64,000 nt of DNA from Callorhinchus milii. Lineage: Eukaryota. Below the pieces are notes generated by a model that was given only the letters and a program-made list of their open reading frames with translations, was not told the origin of the DNA and made no database searches. How positions within the stretch are numbered: position 1 is the first letter of the stretch; every line of letters begins with the position of its first letter. Made by a program: the position numbers and the translations under genes. The stretch lies in NCBI RefSeq assembly GCF_018977255.1, contig NW_024704743.1, positions 72,790,001 to 72,854,000 on the forward strand. The letters are read 5' to 3'. Positions 13,031 through 26,104 of this stretch are shown in pieces.

Positions 13031-14239
13031 GGTGTAAAAAAATTAAAAGGTATACAAAATTGAGTTGTGAACAATATTTTTTTTTAGACTTTGCAATTAG
13101 CCAGATGGATTTTTCCGATTCCTGTATATTCTACATGTTTTATGCATCTGAAATTGCTGACTTTCTGGACACAAGAGGACTGCCTTCTCCCAGCTTAACG
13201 CTACGTACAACAACTCGCATTTATATAGCACGTAATTTATATCTATATAGATTTATATAGCATTGCATTTATATCTTCATCTAAGATAATGTGTTGGGAG
13301 TGCTGTAAATTTAAAACAAAGTCTTAACTTCAGAAAAATGGCTTCAAAGTTAAGAATAAATTCAACAATTTGCCAAATTCTGGATGCTCTAACATATGAC
13401 ATAAATAGAGTAAATCTAAGCTCAGATGGAATTTCTCCCCTATGATTTTCAGAACAAAATACACAATTGCGTTTGTACATTATTTAGAGAGTATTTCGTT
13501 TTCAAAGTACATGCTGATCATTTAGTGTAAGCTTATTATTTCTACAGAACTACTGAACACACATAATGGTATGAACACTACACATATACTGCTATCATGG
13601 GAAGCAGAATTGCTCAGCAAGTAACAGAACTCAACATTTTAATAAAATATTTATTGGGTTGTGTTTAAAACACTTCACATTTTGAGGGAAATAACACACC
13701 AAAGAAACGTACCCAGGCCATTTGAAATCCAGCAAGTTAAACGGAAAACTGCTTTAGGAATTTTAAAAAAAGGAAAACTAAATTTATTGTGCCAACAAAA
13801 GGCTGCTTCATGGGAAATCCTTGAGACAGATAGCTCCAAGCCCCAAATCAATCTAAAACAGCCCCATTTATTCATATTCTGGCCTCTAGCCAAAAGGCTT
13901 TTGGAAGTTCCTTGTGAACGTGCAGCTAAAATAACATATATCAACAAGAACTCTACAGCCCATTTTGAGCAAAAATGTGCTTTTGTAAATAGTTCTGCCA
14001 AGATGCAATTTGAAATCTCTGGGGCTTTTAGTGAATAAATGTCATGCATGGATTCCATCATGGTTCATAGCACATGGGAGAGAATTCTCCTTTTAGTGAA
14101 CTATTAACTTTTTTTACCCTAATGTCCTTCTTTCCTGAAGGTACTGACTCAAGCTGGAGTAAGATTCCACAGGTGCCAACAGTTCCCAGTGCTTGACCAC
14201 ATAGTCTTTATTCATACATGTGCTAGACTGTCAGTACTT

Positions 14240-14730
14240 CCGATGTTGAGGCAGACTCAATATAAAACATTTGAAAAGGGAATTAGATGGATACTTGAAA
14301 AATAGACATATTATAGGAGAATAGATGTAGATATGAGGCAAGGCTAATGAGGTTAGGAATATTTCCATCAGAGCTGAGAAGGGTGAGGGGTGATATGGTA
14401 TTTAAGATAATGTAAGCATTTGAAAGAAACATGAACATTTTCCACTAGGAAGGGGATTCGAGGAGAAAGCAGGAATTCAAGATTGTCAATTGGGGAGTAA
14501 AAGGAGAGATGCAGACAAACTCACACACAGTTGTGAGAGTTGGAATGATTTGCCAGGGTAGCTGTTAAAGCAGTTGACTGGGAACCATTTAAAAAAGAAT
14601 TAGACAAACATATGCAGAAGGAAGGTTATCAGTGAGGAGAAAGGGAAGAGAATTGGGATTAGGAATCGATGGTTTCTTGCCAGAGCAAACACTAACATGA
14701 AAAGAATGTGCCAAATGGCTCCTAAAGTGT
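14240..14730 (+). mobile_element. CR1 3' fragments
   Basis: tttgaaaagggaattagatggatacttg, gagaagggtgaggggtgatatg, tggaatgatttgccagg, ccaaatggctcc. Confidence 0.65.
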
Positions 14731-14854
14731 AGACTACAACAACAACTTGCATTTATATAGCACCCTTCACTCATGCAGGGCAGCATCTCGAAGTGTTTGA
14801 CTAGGTTCTAGTCTAGATGGATGATATAGAGATTATTTCCAGTTCAAACTTCAG

Positions 14855-15605
14855 AAGACTGGAGGGAAAAGGCCCTTCGTCCCATTTGATCTCATCCTTC
14901 TAAAATATCACTGTCTTACTGTCCTCCCAATGCAACATTATGTTTTTTTTAATGAGTCTAGTGCCCTTTCTAGTACCCCACTCCCTTTTTTTAATTAATG
15001 TCTGGGTAAAAAAAATTCTTGTGTCTGTCCTGAAATTGCCCTTTACAACCCTAAACTGCTGTTTCATCACATCTGAAAGTATTATTCTGGGTTTACTTTC
15101 TCAATACCATTTAAAATCATGTATATTTCTCCAAGAGCCCAAGCTTGTCTAATTGTTGATCAAAGCAGTCCGCTAACTTTGGGGATCAGCCTTGTTGTTC
15201 TCCTTTGCACTGCAACTAGGACCTGGGCAACCCTCTTACGTCTTGACACAATTCAAAATTACATTTGTAATTTTTTATAATCTTTCACGTCGGGAAGACG
15301 TCCCAGGAACCTGATGACCAAAACCGCACACAGGACTGCAGGTACAACCTGAGCAGAGCACTGCACAGATTGAGTATAACTTCCGGGGATCTCAACTCAA
15401 TTGAATTGGCCATAGCCCAGCATATTGTTTGCCTTATTTATCTCTGCCTCATACTGTTTTGACATGTTCCCGTGTTCCTATGGTGGAAGCCGATTCGATA
15501 ACAATTTTTAAGAGAGTAGATAATTATTTGGATAAGTTTACAGGGCTATGGGGAGAGCGCGGGGGGAGTGAGATTGATTTGGATAAGTCTTTTCAAAGAG
15601 CCATT
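14855..15605. mobile_element. Cluster of CR1 fragments (minus 14855-15420, plus 15480-15605) with a small L2 tail
   Basis: ggcccttcgtcccatttgatctcatcc CR1 end; gtggaagccgattcgataacaatttttaagagag; L2 tail cacgtcgggaagacgtccc near 15290. Confidence 0.6.
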
Positions 15606-15737
15606 AGGGTCTAATTTGCATGATGATGCATGGCACCTTAATTTATATCAGTAATGTATCATAAAACTAAGAACCATTATGGTCCATATCACAACAGGAC
15701 CCTATGCCATACAGTATTTATGGGGTATAATTATTTT

Positions 15738-15900
15738 TCACAACTGTTTGTGGGACACTGCTGTGTGCAATTGACTGCCACGTTTCTCCACAAAATATAC
15801 AGTCGATTCACTTTACAGCATATTCTATAAAGCACTTTGAGACATCTCAAAGACGCGATAAGGCTCTATCTCAAATGCAAGGGTATTAGCATTATTAATA
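15738..15900 (+). mobile_element. SINE 3' half
   Basis: Deu core ctgtttgtgggacactgctgtgtgcaattgactgcc plus L2-like tail. Confidence 0.88.
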
Positions 15901-15967
15901 TTACTACTTGCTTTGTATAAGAAGGCACTCAACAAATGAGTGGCTGGATAAATTCAGCTTATATTAA

Positions 15968-16255
15968 GGACATAAGAACATAAGAAATAGGAGGAGTAGG
16001 CCATTCGGCCCTTCAAGCCTGCCCTGCCATTTAATAAGTTCATGGCTGCTTTTCTAACCTAATTCCATTTACCCGCCCTATCCCCATATCCCTTCATCCC
16101 TTTAGTTTTTAAAATAGATCTCAAAGATTTGGAGGTTAACAGATGATTTGATTCTCCAGATATTCTCCAGATTTGGAAGTTAACAGGTGATTTGATTGAA
16201 ATCTTTAAAATAATAAAGGGAATTGATAAAGTAGATAGGTCCAACTCTCCCATCA
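15968..16255. mobile_element. CR1 fragments
   Basis: acataagaacataagaaataggaggagtaggccattcggccc terminal repeat on the minus strand, followed by a plus-strand CR1 ORF2 piece. Confidence 0.7.
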
Positions 16256-16286
16256 CTGAGGAAATTCAGAATAAGTAAAATTAGTA

Positions 16287-17100
16287 AACAACCAAATTAC
16301 ATTTGTATAGCGCCTTTTCACGTCGGGAGGACGTCCCAAGGCACTGGACAGATGGAGTTACAGACCTGAGCTGAGGGGTGGGGGAGTGGGGAGGTCAGTG
16401 GGGGAAGCAGGGAGATCGAAAGCACAGTCAAAGAGGAGGGTCTTGAGGTGGGTCTTGAAGGTGGTGCGGGAGGGAACGAGACGGAAGGACTGCGGGATGG
16501 AGTTCCAGAGGATAGGTAGAGTTGCGGAAGGCCTGCCTGCCGATAGTGGGGCAGAGGGAGGGGCAAGATGGTAGGGAATTAGGAGGTCGCAGAGATACGG
16601 TGGAGCAAGGCCATGGAGTACTTTGAAGGTGAGGACCAGGGTCTTGAACTGTATACTTTGTGTGATGGGAAGCCAGTGGAGTCGGATGAGGATGGGGGTG
16701 ATAGGGTCACGGAGCCTGATGCGTGATAGGACACGGGCTGCAGAGTTCTCGATGATCTGCAGCCTATGGAAGGAGGAGTTGGGGAGGCCGACAAGCAGGA
16801 ATTTTGTGTAGTCGAGCCTGGATGTTATGAATGTGTGTATGATGGTCTCAGCGGCCTACGGTGTGAGACAATGGTGGAGCCGGGGGATATTGTGGAGGTA
16901 GGAAAGGCTGAGCGTGTCATGGCACAGATATGGGGTAGAGAGGATAGTTGAGGGTCAAGCAAACTGCTGAGGATACGGACTGGCTCAGTGAGTGGGAGTG
17001 TGCATTCTTGTATGGTGATGCTGTCAGTGCTTGAGATGTGGAAGCGCTGACGGGAGCCGATCAGGAGAACCTCAGTCTTGTTGACGCTCAACTGTAAAAA
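16287..17100 (-). mobile_element. L2 LINE 3' fragment
   Basis: [15 protein letters not shown] and homology to the 3633 copy; 3' stem-loop gggacgtcctcccgacgtg. Confidence 0.92.
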
Positions 17101-18086
17101 GTGAAATATGAATCCAGAAAGTATGTCACAGAAAATTTACAGGACAGAAGGAGTCTATTCAGTTTATAGTGCTTGTCTGAAGTCCTCCGAGACATTATCC
17201 TATTTGAAACTCATTATATCAATATTGATGTTGTTGTTCCTAACATCCTCACTGGAACGCTCCTTTCTCATCTCATTCCCCTGTCTTTTAATGAAAAATA
17301 ACCATTTTGATATAGCATTTTGATACAGTGCCTTTCTCAAAAGGGTGTCACTAAGGCAAGAAAAAAGAGAAGTTATCCAAATCATATAGTGAATGATATG
17401 TGCATTCAGGCAGTTACTATAGGGCTCATTGTCACAAGGCACATCGAGATGATGGTGAGCTGTAATTAACAAACACTGCAGAGTGAATCGTAGATATTTT
17501 TTTCCGTTTGTAATCTGAGTGTGCTGTGCTTCATAATCCCACAGGACAGCACATAAGGTCTGCTCTCAAGCAGTCTGTAAACCAGCTGCTCCAAAACAAC
17601 ACAGAGTAACAAGAGATGACTGGGAATATAGGAACAGGGGAGCTCATTCAGTCCATTGAGTCTCTTCTGTCAGTTTCTAGATCATGGCAAATCTTTTAAT
17701 CCCATTTCCCTGCCTTTACTTCTCTTAATAGCCATTGTTCCAAAGCATCTATCTCTATTTTAAAGGGCTTAGCTACTGTGTGCACAGAGCTCTTTATTAG
17801 AGTCTGCATTTATGTGGCAATTCAGTGGAATGGACTTTTCCTTTAAATGAATCATAGCAAATCTATAAACACACTCCTTATCCATTACACTGATACACCT
17901 GGTAATCCAAGAAAATAAAAAAGCCCTATGGCACTTTTACTTTGCCTAAAGATGTTGGGAGTCCATCATTGCAGTTTGTGATTCAATCACCAAAGGAGGT
18001 GAATGACCAGTCATACCCACGTGCAGGGTGACAGAATGAATGACAATATTGCAGTTGTTTCACCAGTATTTGAAAGAAGTCACCGA

Positions 18087-18268
18087 CAACAACAACAACA
18101 AGATTCCATTTATAGAGCGCCTTTCACGTCGGGAGGATGTCCCAAGGCGCTGTACAGTTGGGTCAGGACCCGAGCAGGGGGGAAATGGTCAGGGTGAGGG
18201 GAGGGAAGGGAGGGAGCGAGGAGGGGGTAGAGAGTCGAGAGGGGAGCTGAAGGCACGGTCAAAGAGAA
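18087..18268 (-). mobile_element. Young L2 3'-UTR-only insertion
   Basis: Nearly identical to 3633-3860 but with a single copy of the G-rich unit; (TTG)n tail. Confidence 0.92.
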
Positions 18269-19635
18269 GACAAGTATACAACATGCATTATCCTGAACGT
18301 CTGAACAAACTGTATTATTATTATGGACTACGTTGTTCCACAATCCAAAAAGATGTGTGTTCCTTTTGAAGACAAGTTCATCAAAGATTCTCAAAGTATT
18401 TATTATTTAAACAGAGTACACAGTTCAAATGATTGGAATACTGTTTATTTTATTTATGAGAAAGGCCTCCGCAGTTCTGGGTTACCAGAGTATTTTTCTT
18501 TCAGTAAATAATCAGTGCACTCCATTGTTCCACATTGATGGAATCTAAAAAGTAATGTTAAAGTGTAATGAAAGTGTGTATTTATTTTCTGCGAGAAGCA
18601 ATCACAAAATGATGCTAATATTCTTCTGTAAGCTGCCCTATCAAGAGTTTACCACAACATCCCTCACCATGATCTGCCATAATTGTAACACAAAACCTCT
18701 GGTCACAAGTAACTAAAACATTGCTTTTAACTTGCAACTTTTCCTCTGAACAGATCACCATCTCAATCAGTAAAATATAGTTACAACACTCTCTGACCCT
18801 TGCTATCATTCACTAACCTTAAAAAAATCAAAGAGGATTTTACCAACACATGTGCATGATTCTATGCTCTGAAAAGTCTGGATTAATATAGAATGCTCAC
18901 ACTTGGAAATTGTGGAATCATGGTCTAGTCCTGTCAAGTTCATAAATGTCATTGTCATATCTTACTCATTTTACACAGCTCAGAAATAAATTACACCAAG
19001 AGCAAATGCAAATAAAAGCTCCACTTCATATGAATATGAATAGGCAATTTAGCTCAATAAGCATACTCAGCCACTTTACAAGTTCATGGAAGCTCATCAT
19101 CTTTCTAATCTCAGTCAAATGGACTTTTGTATCTGGATCAGGTGGTTACACCATCATGCTATTCCATGCTAGGACTACATAAACACTCCAATGAAGTACT
19201 TGGGGGAATCCTGCAATATTGGATATGCTGTCTTTTGTTTGAGACGAAAATCAAGTTTATCTGCTTGTTCAGATTGATAAATATCCCATGATCCTATTAA
19301 AAAAAGAGTGCTGACCGTTGCTTGTGGGAATTCGTTTGTGTAAATTGGTTGCTTGTAGGAATTTGTTTGTGTAAATTGCTGCTACATTTGCCTCCAAAAC
19401 AGAAGGCATTATGCAGTGATGATTATCCTCAAGTGTGTTTGACTTGATAAGCCAACACAAAGATGCAAGTTTGTCCTTTAGATCTTTCTTGATTCCATTT
19501 CAGCTTTGATAAGATTTTGGATAACTACTGGATATTGCAACACCATGAGCTTACTATTTAACTGAAGGTATTTATGGATGAATTCCTTCGTAAGATGTGT
19601 AATAAGAGTAAAGTTAGATTTAATAGTCATAAAAC

Positions 19636-20560
19636 TAATCCTTACATTTGATAAGCACCTTATCATCTACAGCGGAATCCTCATTTGACGGACGCCGTTT
19701 ATCCCCGGACGTCGGGTAAATCAAACAAAGCGCTCAGCCCCGATGCATTGCTCCAGGATATAGATGGGAGGAGTCAAATTGTGATTGACAGCAGACTCCA
19801 GCCATTCATAATTGGCTGGAGTTGGGCTGTCAATCAGTGAGGGGGCGGAGGAATGGGGAAGAACAAGGGAAATTGTGATTGATTGACAGCTGAGCTGTTG
19901 TGAATGGCTGGAGCCCAGAGTTTGACAAATGGCTGAAGGCTATCAATCACCTCACCCGCCTTCAATTGGTCCCCTTCCTATCCAATGGGAACGGCAATGG
20001 GAGGGAGGAAGCACCGACCCCATTCCTCTGCTGGGTAGGAAAATGCTGGAGTTTTCTATTTACTGCGAGGTAAACAAACACGTGTAGAGTAAGGAAACTT
20101 GCCTAATGTTTCGCCTGCCTGGGAATCAAACTCAGGTCCTCTCACTTGCGAGGCGCGTGCTCTAACCACTAAGCTACAGTACTCCAAATATTATTATATG
20201 GCACCACCGCATCTCCTCCACTGGGCAGGAATGGTAATTCGGCTAACCTTGGACACCTCTTAAGTCGGACAAAATGTGATGCATTCGGCTTAACTGGTTT
20301 CCACTGAATTCAAGACATATTAAAGCTCTTCAAAGAATACACTGTAAAGTGTTGTGACTGTATATTTTGTGGGCGAATCTGGCAGATAATTTGCGTGCAG
20401 CAATGTCCCACAAACATGAATGACCAATTGGGTAATTGTTGGTAAGACACAAGGAGAAAATCCCTTCTCTTTTCAAATATTCCCATGGAATCTTTAACGC
20501 CCACATGAATAGACTGATGGGGTCTCAGTTTAACGTCTCATCCAAAGCACAGCACCTTCA
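19636..20560 (-). mobile_element. Deu-type SINE split by a MITE insertion
   Basis: Tail aatccttacatttgataagcaccttatca at 19636-19667 resumes as ttcaagacat...tactgtaaag-like sequence after 20308. Confidence 0.7.
19670..20306. mobile_element. Tc1/mariner (Tigger-like) non-autonomous element containing a SINE head at about 20050-20186
   Basis: TA|cagcggaatcc... left end and ...ggtttccactg right end are imperfect TIRs; it interrupts a SINE cleanly. Confidence 0.6.
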
Positions 20561-20640
20561 CACATTAGAGCGTCATGGATCTGATAAGACTATATGGATT
20601 CCTACTCTATTTGTAACAACATAAGAGAGATCATCATTAA

Positions 20641-20978
20641 TAGCGAGCAGGAGGACTCGGGTTCAATTCCAGGGTGGGACGCACCCTAGGCAAGTTTCCT
20701 TACTCCACACACTTCTGTTTCCCAAGCAGTAAGTAGGAACTCGGTTGTTACTCAATTGGCAGATCACTTTCTGGGGGTAATAATCACTCCAAAATGGAAA
20801 TAAAAAAATGTGATCACTCAATCCTTGACTGCTTGTGGGACATTGCTGTGCACAATTGGCTTCTGCATTTCACTCACAAAATACAGAGTAACTCCACTTT
20901 ACAATATATCCTGTGAGGCACTTTGAGAGGTCTCAACAACGTGATAAGGCGCTGAATCCTATGCAAGGATTATTATTG
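20641..20978 (+). mobile_element. tRNA/Deu/L2-tail SINE, long form, 5' eroded
   Basis: B box ggttcaattcc, ggcaagtttccttactccac, Deu core, tail atgcaaggattattatt. Confidence 0.9.
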
Positions 20979-21254
20979 TGAGTATAACATAAGAGAGCTG
21001 TGGTCTGAGGTGGTTTCATACAGTAACACACCAGAGCATTAAAGATGCAGATTCTCGCACCAAGAATGCAGAAAGTTCCGGGTCCAAGTTAAATAGTCTG
21101 CAGGAAAACATAAAGAGGCAAAGCACTTCCCTTGTGTAAGAGGCAAAATAAAAAAAAGTGCAGCATTGCCTTGATGGCCTTGCACAATTCTTGGCAGCCA
21201 ATTATAATCCAGACAGACATAGGAATAGCCCACAGACATGTCTAGGGTTTAAAT

Positions 21255-21425
21255 AAAAACATGGAAATTTCCCTGTGCTTGGAGCGGAATGTGCATTCTC
21301 TCCATCAAGGTACACATCCTGGTTACCAATACCTGAGAGTATTAAGATGGACAGACCCGAGTTTCAAGGACTCCAGAATGGGTGGTAGGATACGACTGAA
21401 GCTTAACCAGTTAGAACCATTAAAC
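21255..21425. repeat. Unclassified dispersed repeat, copy A
   Basis: catggaaatttccctgt...acacatcctggttacc...tattaagatg matches the reverse complement of 56735-56915 and 58965-59150. Confidence 0.7.
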
Positions 21426-22925
21426 ATCAATAACTTTGCCCGAAAAGCTTCCCGCAACTTTTCCATTTCGGACTGCCCTTCGTGTTGGAGATTTGGTTTA
21501 CAGGGTTAAGGGGGGCTAATTGGCAAGAATCCCTGTTCTCCATGACTCAGTTGGCTCTCCATGACCCAGTCTGCCTTCCAGGTCTTGCAAATGGGCCAGA
21601 CTGGCTGGTCTCATCAGCAGTGCCTGAAGTACTGCAGACCTGCCTGACTCAGAAGCTGGTTACCAAGACAGGGTCACCAAAGTTCCACTGCCACGCATGT
21701 CACTTTGGAGATTGCTCATCTCTGAGAATATCCTATTTACCTCCTCACACCTCCCAACACCCGGAAGATGCTCTTATCTTTAATGTTGCATTAGTTATAT
21801 TTTAAAAGTAAGTTAGTCATTTATAATTCTGCAGGAACACAGAAAGAGAATAGTGCTTCGCCCACATCAGCAAATGCACAGAGTAGAAAAAGCAACAGAT
21901 AAAGAAGTAGAATCTGCAGATGTTTTCACTTCTGTACTGTTATTCTTTGTACAAAGTTGGTGATGTGTACCATTATTGAGAAAGGGGAGCTTAGTATCTT
22001 TGTGATTAGAAATTGCTGACCACTATAATGGTGCTTTTATGACATTTATAAAGCTGTGTAGAATGAGTGCTTTCACTACTATATAAAAAATTTTTTATGA
22101 AGAATTGTAAAAACTAACTACAGGAGCAATCACACTTGCTGAGGGGTCTTTTTGAGCCTAAAGATAAGCTAATGTGAAGAGCGGAATTTTATCACACAAA
22201 CAAAAATGAACAAATTTGCCATTGGCCACTGGACAATAAACCATTAGCTAATTGCTGCTTTTCGGAGTGGGCCTGCTACAATTTACAAAATAGGGCCTCA
22301 GTTTCTCTGTATATTAATGTTACTGAAAATGTAGACCAACAGAATATCTGGGGAGATTGTGCCCAATAATTGTTAAGCATTGGCTCAGCATTCTTAACCC
22401 TCAAGATTTAGCTTAGATTATATGAGTTCCAAGGCCCGATTTAGGGGTTAAACTCAACCTTCTGACCCAGAGGTAAGAGTGCAACCAACTGAGCCAGCCT
22501 GGAGCATGACATTATATGCTTTCTGCAACATGTAGCATTAGTAAAAATGAACAAGACTGGATATGAATTTGTCCGGTGCTTGCTTCAATTCCTTACTCTG
22601 TCTCACCACAAAGAGGGGTAATGCTTTCCCTCATATCTTACTAACTTCCCTGAACATTAAAAGGCAACTCTAAATGCAACTCTAAATGAAGCAGACATAT
22701 TACAATAATAGGCACAATGATCTGCACAGAAAGCATCCAGACAGTATCCATGAGTTGTCATCATTTAATTTAAAGGTTGACCAGGGAACATCTTGATTTT
22801 CTTAATTAAACGTTTTGGTGAATTTTGCAATCTTAAACAATATTGAATGTACAGGTACTTCCGCTTTAAATTATACATTTAAATACAAACAATTCAGGAT
22901 TGTTCTATATACTGTAATACAATAC

Positions 22926-23005
22926 CTTCCCTGATGGCTGTGAATGGAGTTCCTTCCTCTTCTTGTAATCTGATAACCTTCAGGGCTACCAACTTCCCAT
23001 TCACC
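22926..23005 (-). CDS. CDK14: CDK14 coding exon (equivalent to human exon 5), 80 nt, VALK lysine and PFTAIRE helix
   Basis: Translates (K)VNGKLVALKVIRLQEEEGTPFTAIRE(A); acceptor cttaaactag|G completes the split AA|G codon; donor GAAG|gtattg. Confidence 0.98.
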
Positions 23006-23992
23006 CTAGTTTAAGAAGATAAAAGTGAATAATTTGTTTTTAGTCCTCAACAAAACACAGAATTGATTAGTATGAAAAGGGTATCTCAATAAATAAATGT
23101 ACTGTATTAGATTTTTACACCAAAACTTTATCAAGGTTTACCAGCAACAGCTTTCTTTCTTTTTAACTGTTCACTTTATTCCAGGCACAAACAAAATACA
23201 GCACAGTTTATCAGTTAGCACAAAGATGCAAGGTAACAATGACATTGAGGGAATCCCAACCCTGAGAGATGAGGTGATTTGGTTGTCGTGGATTATTCAA
23301 GTACAGATTCTGTATTTCATTCAGGATATTATCCATAAGCAAATACTGTACAATGTCCCATCCCTTTTTCAGTTCATCCCCATGGACTAGCAGATTGGGT
23401 CAATTTATAACAACAACCAACCTGACTTTATATAGCACCCTTCATGTGGAATAACATCTTGGAACATTTTACAATATGCATACATATAAACTTGCAGTGA
23501 GGTGTTTGAATATCCAACCCACAAACCATCATATATCAAGCTAACTTATTCCCATAGGGTTATTTTGTGAAAGCAGATTTATTCTCAGCTAACTCTCAGC
23601 ACACAGGACGACAAATATAAATAACAGTTGACCCTTTCCCGTTATATCTACAACCACTTGAAATCACATGAAGATGGTCAGGTTTTCCTTCTATTGGTCA
23701 TTTGCCTCTGGATTGTCAATAGCATGAGTTAAATAAGCCTCAAATGCATCCAATATAATGTACCCTGGAGGAAAGTTGTGAAATAAGATGTGTTCCCACC
23801 AAACTAAAAACCTTAGGAAAATTCACATCAAAATGAGTAGATATCAAACAGTTCCAGAAACCATAGAGTAGGGCTTTCATATCCTCACAATGCCCATTGG
23901 GAATACAACTATTTGTGTCTGTTTGTTGATTCACCGTATTTTGGGTTCAGGGAATGCTCTAACATGTAAACTGCAAAATAATAATATAATAA

Positions 23993-24284
23993 AAATAATC
24001 CTTGCATTTGATATAGCGCTTTTCACATCTTCTAGATGTCTCAAAGCACTTCACAGAATATGCTGTAAAGTGAATTGACTGTATATCTGTAGGCGAAACG
24101 TGCACAACAGTGTCTCAGAGAGTCGTGGATTGAAAACGACCAATTTATTATTGTTTTTTGGAGGGATTATTATTAGGCGTGTGGAAAAAGGAAACTTGCC
24201 CAAGGTTTCACTCTGCCTGGAATTGAACCCAGGTCTCTCGCTTGCAAGGCGAGTGCTCTAACCACTGAGCTACAGGACTCCACA
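23993..24284 (-). mobile_element. tRNA/Deu/L2-tail SINE, short form
   Basis: Complete tRNA-like head (tgtggagtcctgtagctcagtggttagagcac, loop cttgcaa) through to the tail. Confidence 0.95.
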
Positions 24285-24325
24285 AACAAAATCATTTGTT
24301 TAGTAATTTACATGGTACAGCAATC

Positions 24326-24640
24326 TGTGGAGTTTTGTAGCTCAGTGGTTAGAGCACTCGCTTTGCAAGTGAGAGACCTGAGTTCAATTCCAGGCAGAGG
24401 GCGAAACCTTGGGCAAGTTTCCTTACTCCACACACCTAATAATAATCCCTCCAAAAAAACAAAACAATAATAAACTGGTCACTCAATCCACGACTGTTTG
24501 TGGGACACTACTGTGCGCAATTGGCTGCCGCGTTCACCCACAAATATACAGTCAATTCACTTTACAGTATATTCTGTGAAGCGCTTTGGGACGTCTAGAA
24601 GACCTGAAAAGCACTATATCAAATGCAAGGATTATTATTA
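24326..24640 (+). mobile_element. tRNA/Deu/L2-tail SINE, short form
   Basis: Complete head with A and B boxes, Deu core, tail gaagcgctttgggacgtctagaagacctgaaaagc and (ATT)n. Confidence 0.95.
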
Positions 24641-26104
24641 CATCTTGAGCATTCCCCAGAATATGGTGAATGGAAACTGAGATTGTCAAAAAGAAAATTA
24701 ATTTAAAAATGTGACAAATTCCTCAGAACTCAGCAATTGTTTTCTTTTCCCTTCCCTGGGAAATGACCTCACACTGCACTAGAGCACACAGCGAACACTG
24801 TAATTGTATTCAGATGAGATTTCCTTTCAAAATATAGCATTCTTTTCCTTGGTGGGAACTGAGAAATGGAACCATAAAGTTTGCATACTTCTGTCGAACA
24901 ACTGGACTTAGTGCTGTTTTTCATATACCCCTTCTTTACATTCTCCATCTGCACGCGCCAAAATAAGTTTTAATTATTTAACTAGCTTTTCCCTCATCAT
25001 TTCCACTTTGAAATTCTGCACTCAGCCAAATTCCCTTGATTCCCAATTGGTGTTGTACCTTTCAGCCTCCTCACACTCAATCTCCAACCCTAGGAGTAGC
25101 TCAGTTAAAATTGTACCATTAAACTATTATTCCCTTAAAACCAGTCCTTCTCCAATTTCTCTCTTAGATGTTACAGTACCATTGCACAACGTCTTCTTAG
25201 CTGCTGGAAGCCACGGGCTTTTCCACAACTGCTATCAGTCCACCAGGAAATGTGAATGAGGCAGGGTGAAAATACAAGACCAGTTTGGATGAAGAAGGCC
25301 CTTTGGCCCATTTAATCTAATCCCTCGACAGCAACCCCAACTGTACCACCCCCCACCCCCACCCCCCCAACACAGCATCAAAAGCAGCTTTTATTCACCA
25401 AAATAAATTGTTAATGTACAGATAGTTATTGTATCTGCAACCAGGAATTGTGCAAGGGTTAGAAACCTCACCAAGATCATGCACTTAGCACATTAGCACC
25501 AGAAGAGTTGCAGCATTCTCTGGTTACTGTAAATAGTGGTATCGGCAGAATAAATGTCCCATATCCCTATAAGGAGTGTAGATTCTCAAGTATATCTCTT
25601 ATGTACTGAGAAAGAAAAAAGGCAGCTTCAATGATGCTTGTCGGCATAAGTTCTTAATTAAACACATCACACACTACAGTTTTCTAACCTGCTGATACCC
25701 GTATTGAACAAAACAAGGCCATAGAACTTTCAACACAAATGACAGTGAGAAAATAGTAAATTATTTTTTTAGGTCACTACCTCCAAAGACAAAATTGTTT
25801 TTAGGTCACTCCTACTCATGATAAATTGCTTTTTGGGTCAGTACCTCTGAACTCTGGCAGATTGTGCTTTCAAAAAGCTACTAAATATACCATACAAGTA
25901 TCTCTTCTCCTTCAACCTTTCCAAAGCTGAAGACATGCATGAGGGCAATTTAAAGGAATATTTGTTTACATAAGTCTTTTAAGCTCTTGAAGTTGTATCC
26001 ACAGGAAGAAGGTTAGGTATAGTAATGCCAACCAGCACTCAAGCTACAATGTAAACAATAATGTGTAAAGCAACTGCTATTTATTCTATCTGGGCCATAA
26101 ATTT

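Noticed and set aside
13661..14061. Overlapping 125-aa and 128-aa ORFs on opposite strands
   Set aside because: No recognisable domain or splice context; compatible with chance
1..22900. Next CDK14 exon (ASLLKGLKHANIVLLHDIIHTKETLTLVFEYV)
   Set aside because: Searched by eye on the minus strand and not found; probably beyond the left edge
24326..24400. tRNA-Ala gene (also heads at 7700, 24250, 31350, 37680, 59440, 59840)
   Set aside because: Each continues directly into SINE body and tail and lacks a proper acceptor stem and terminator
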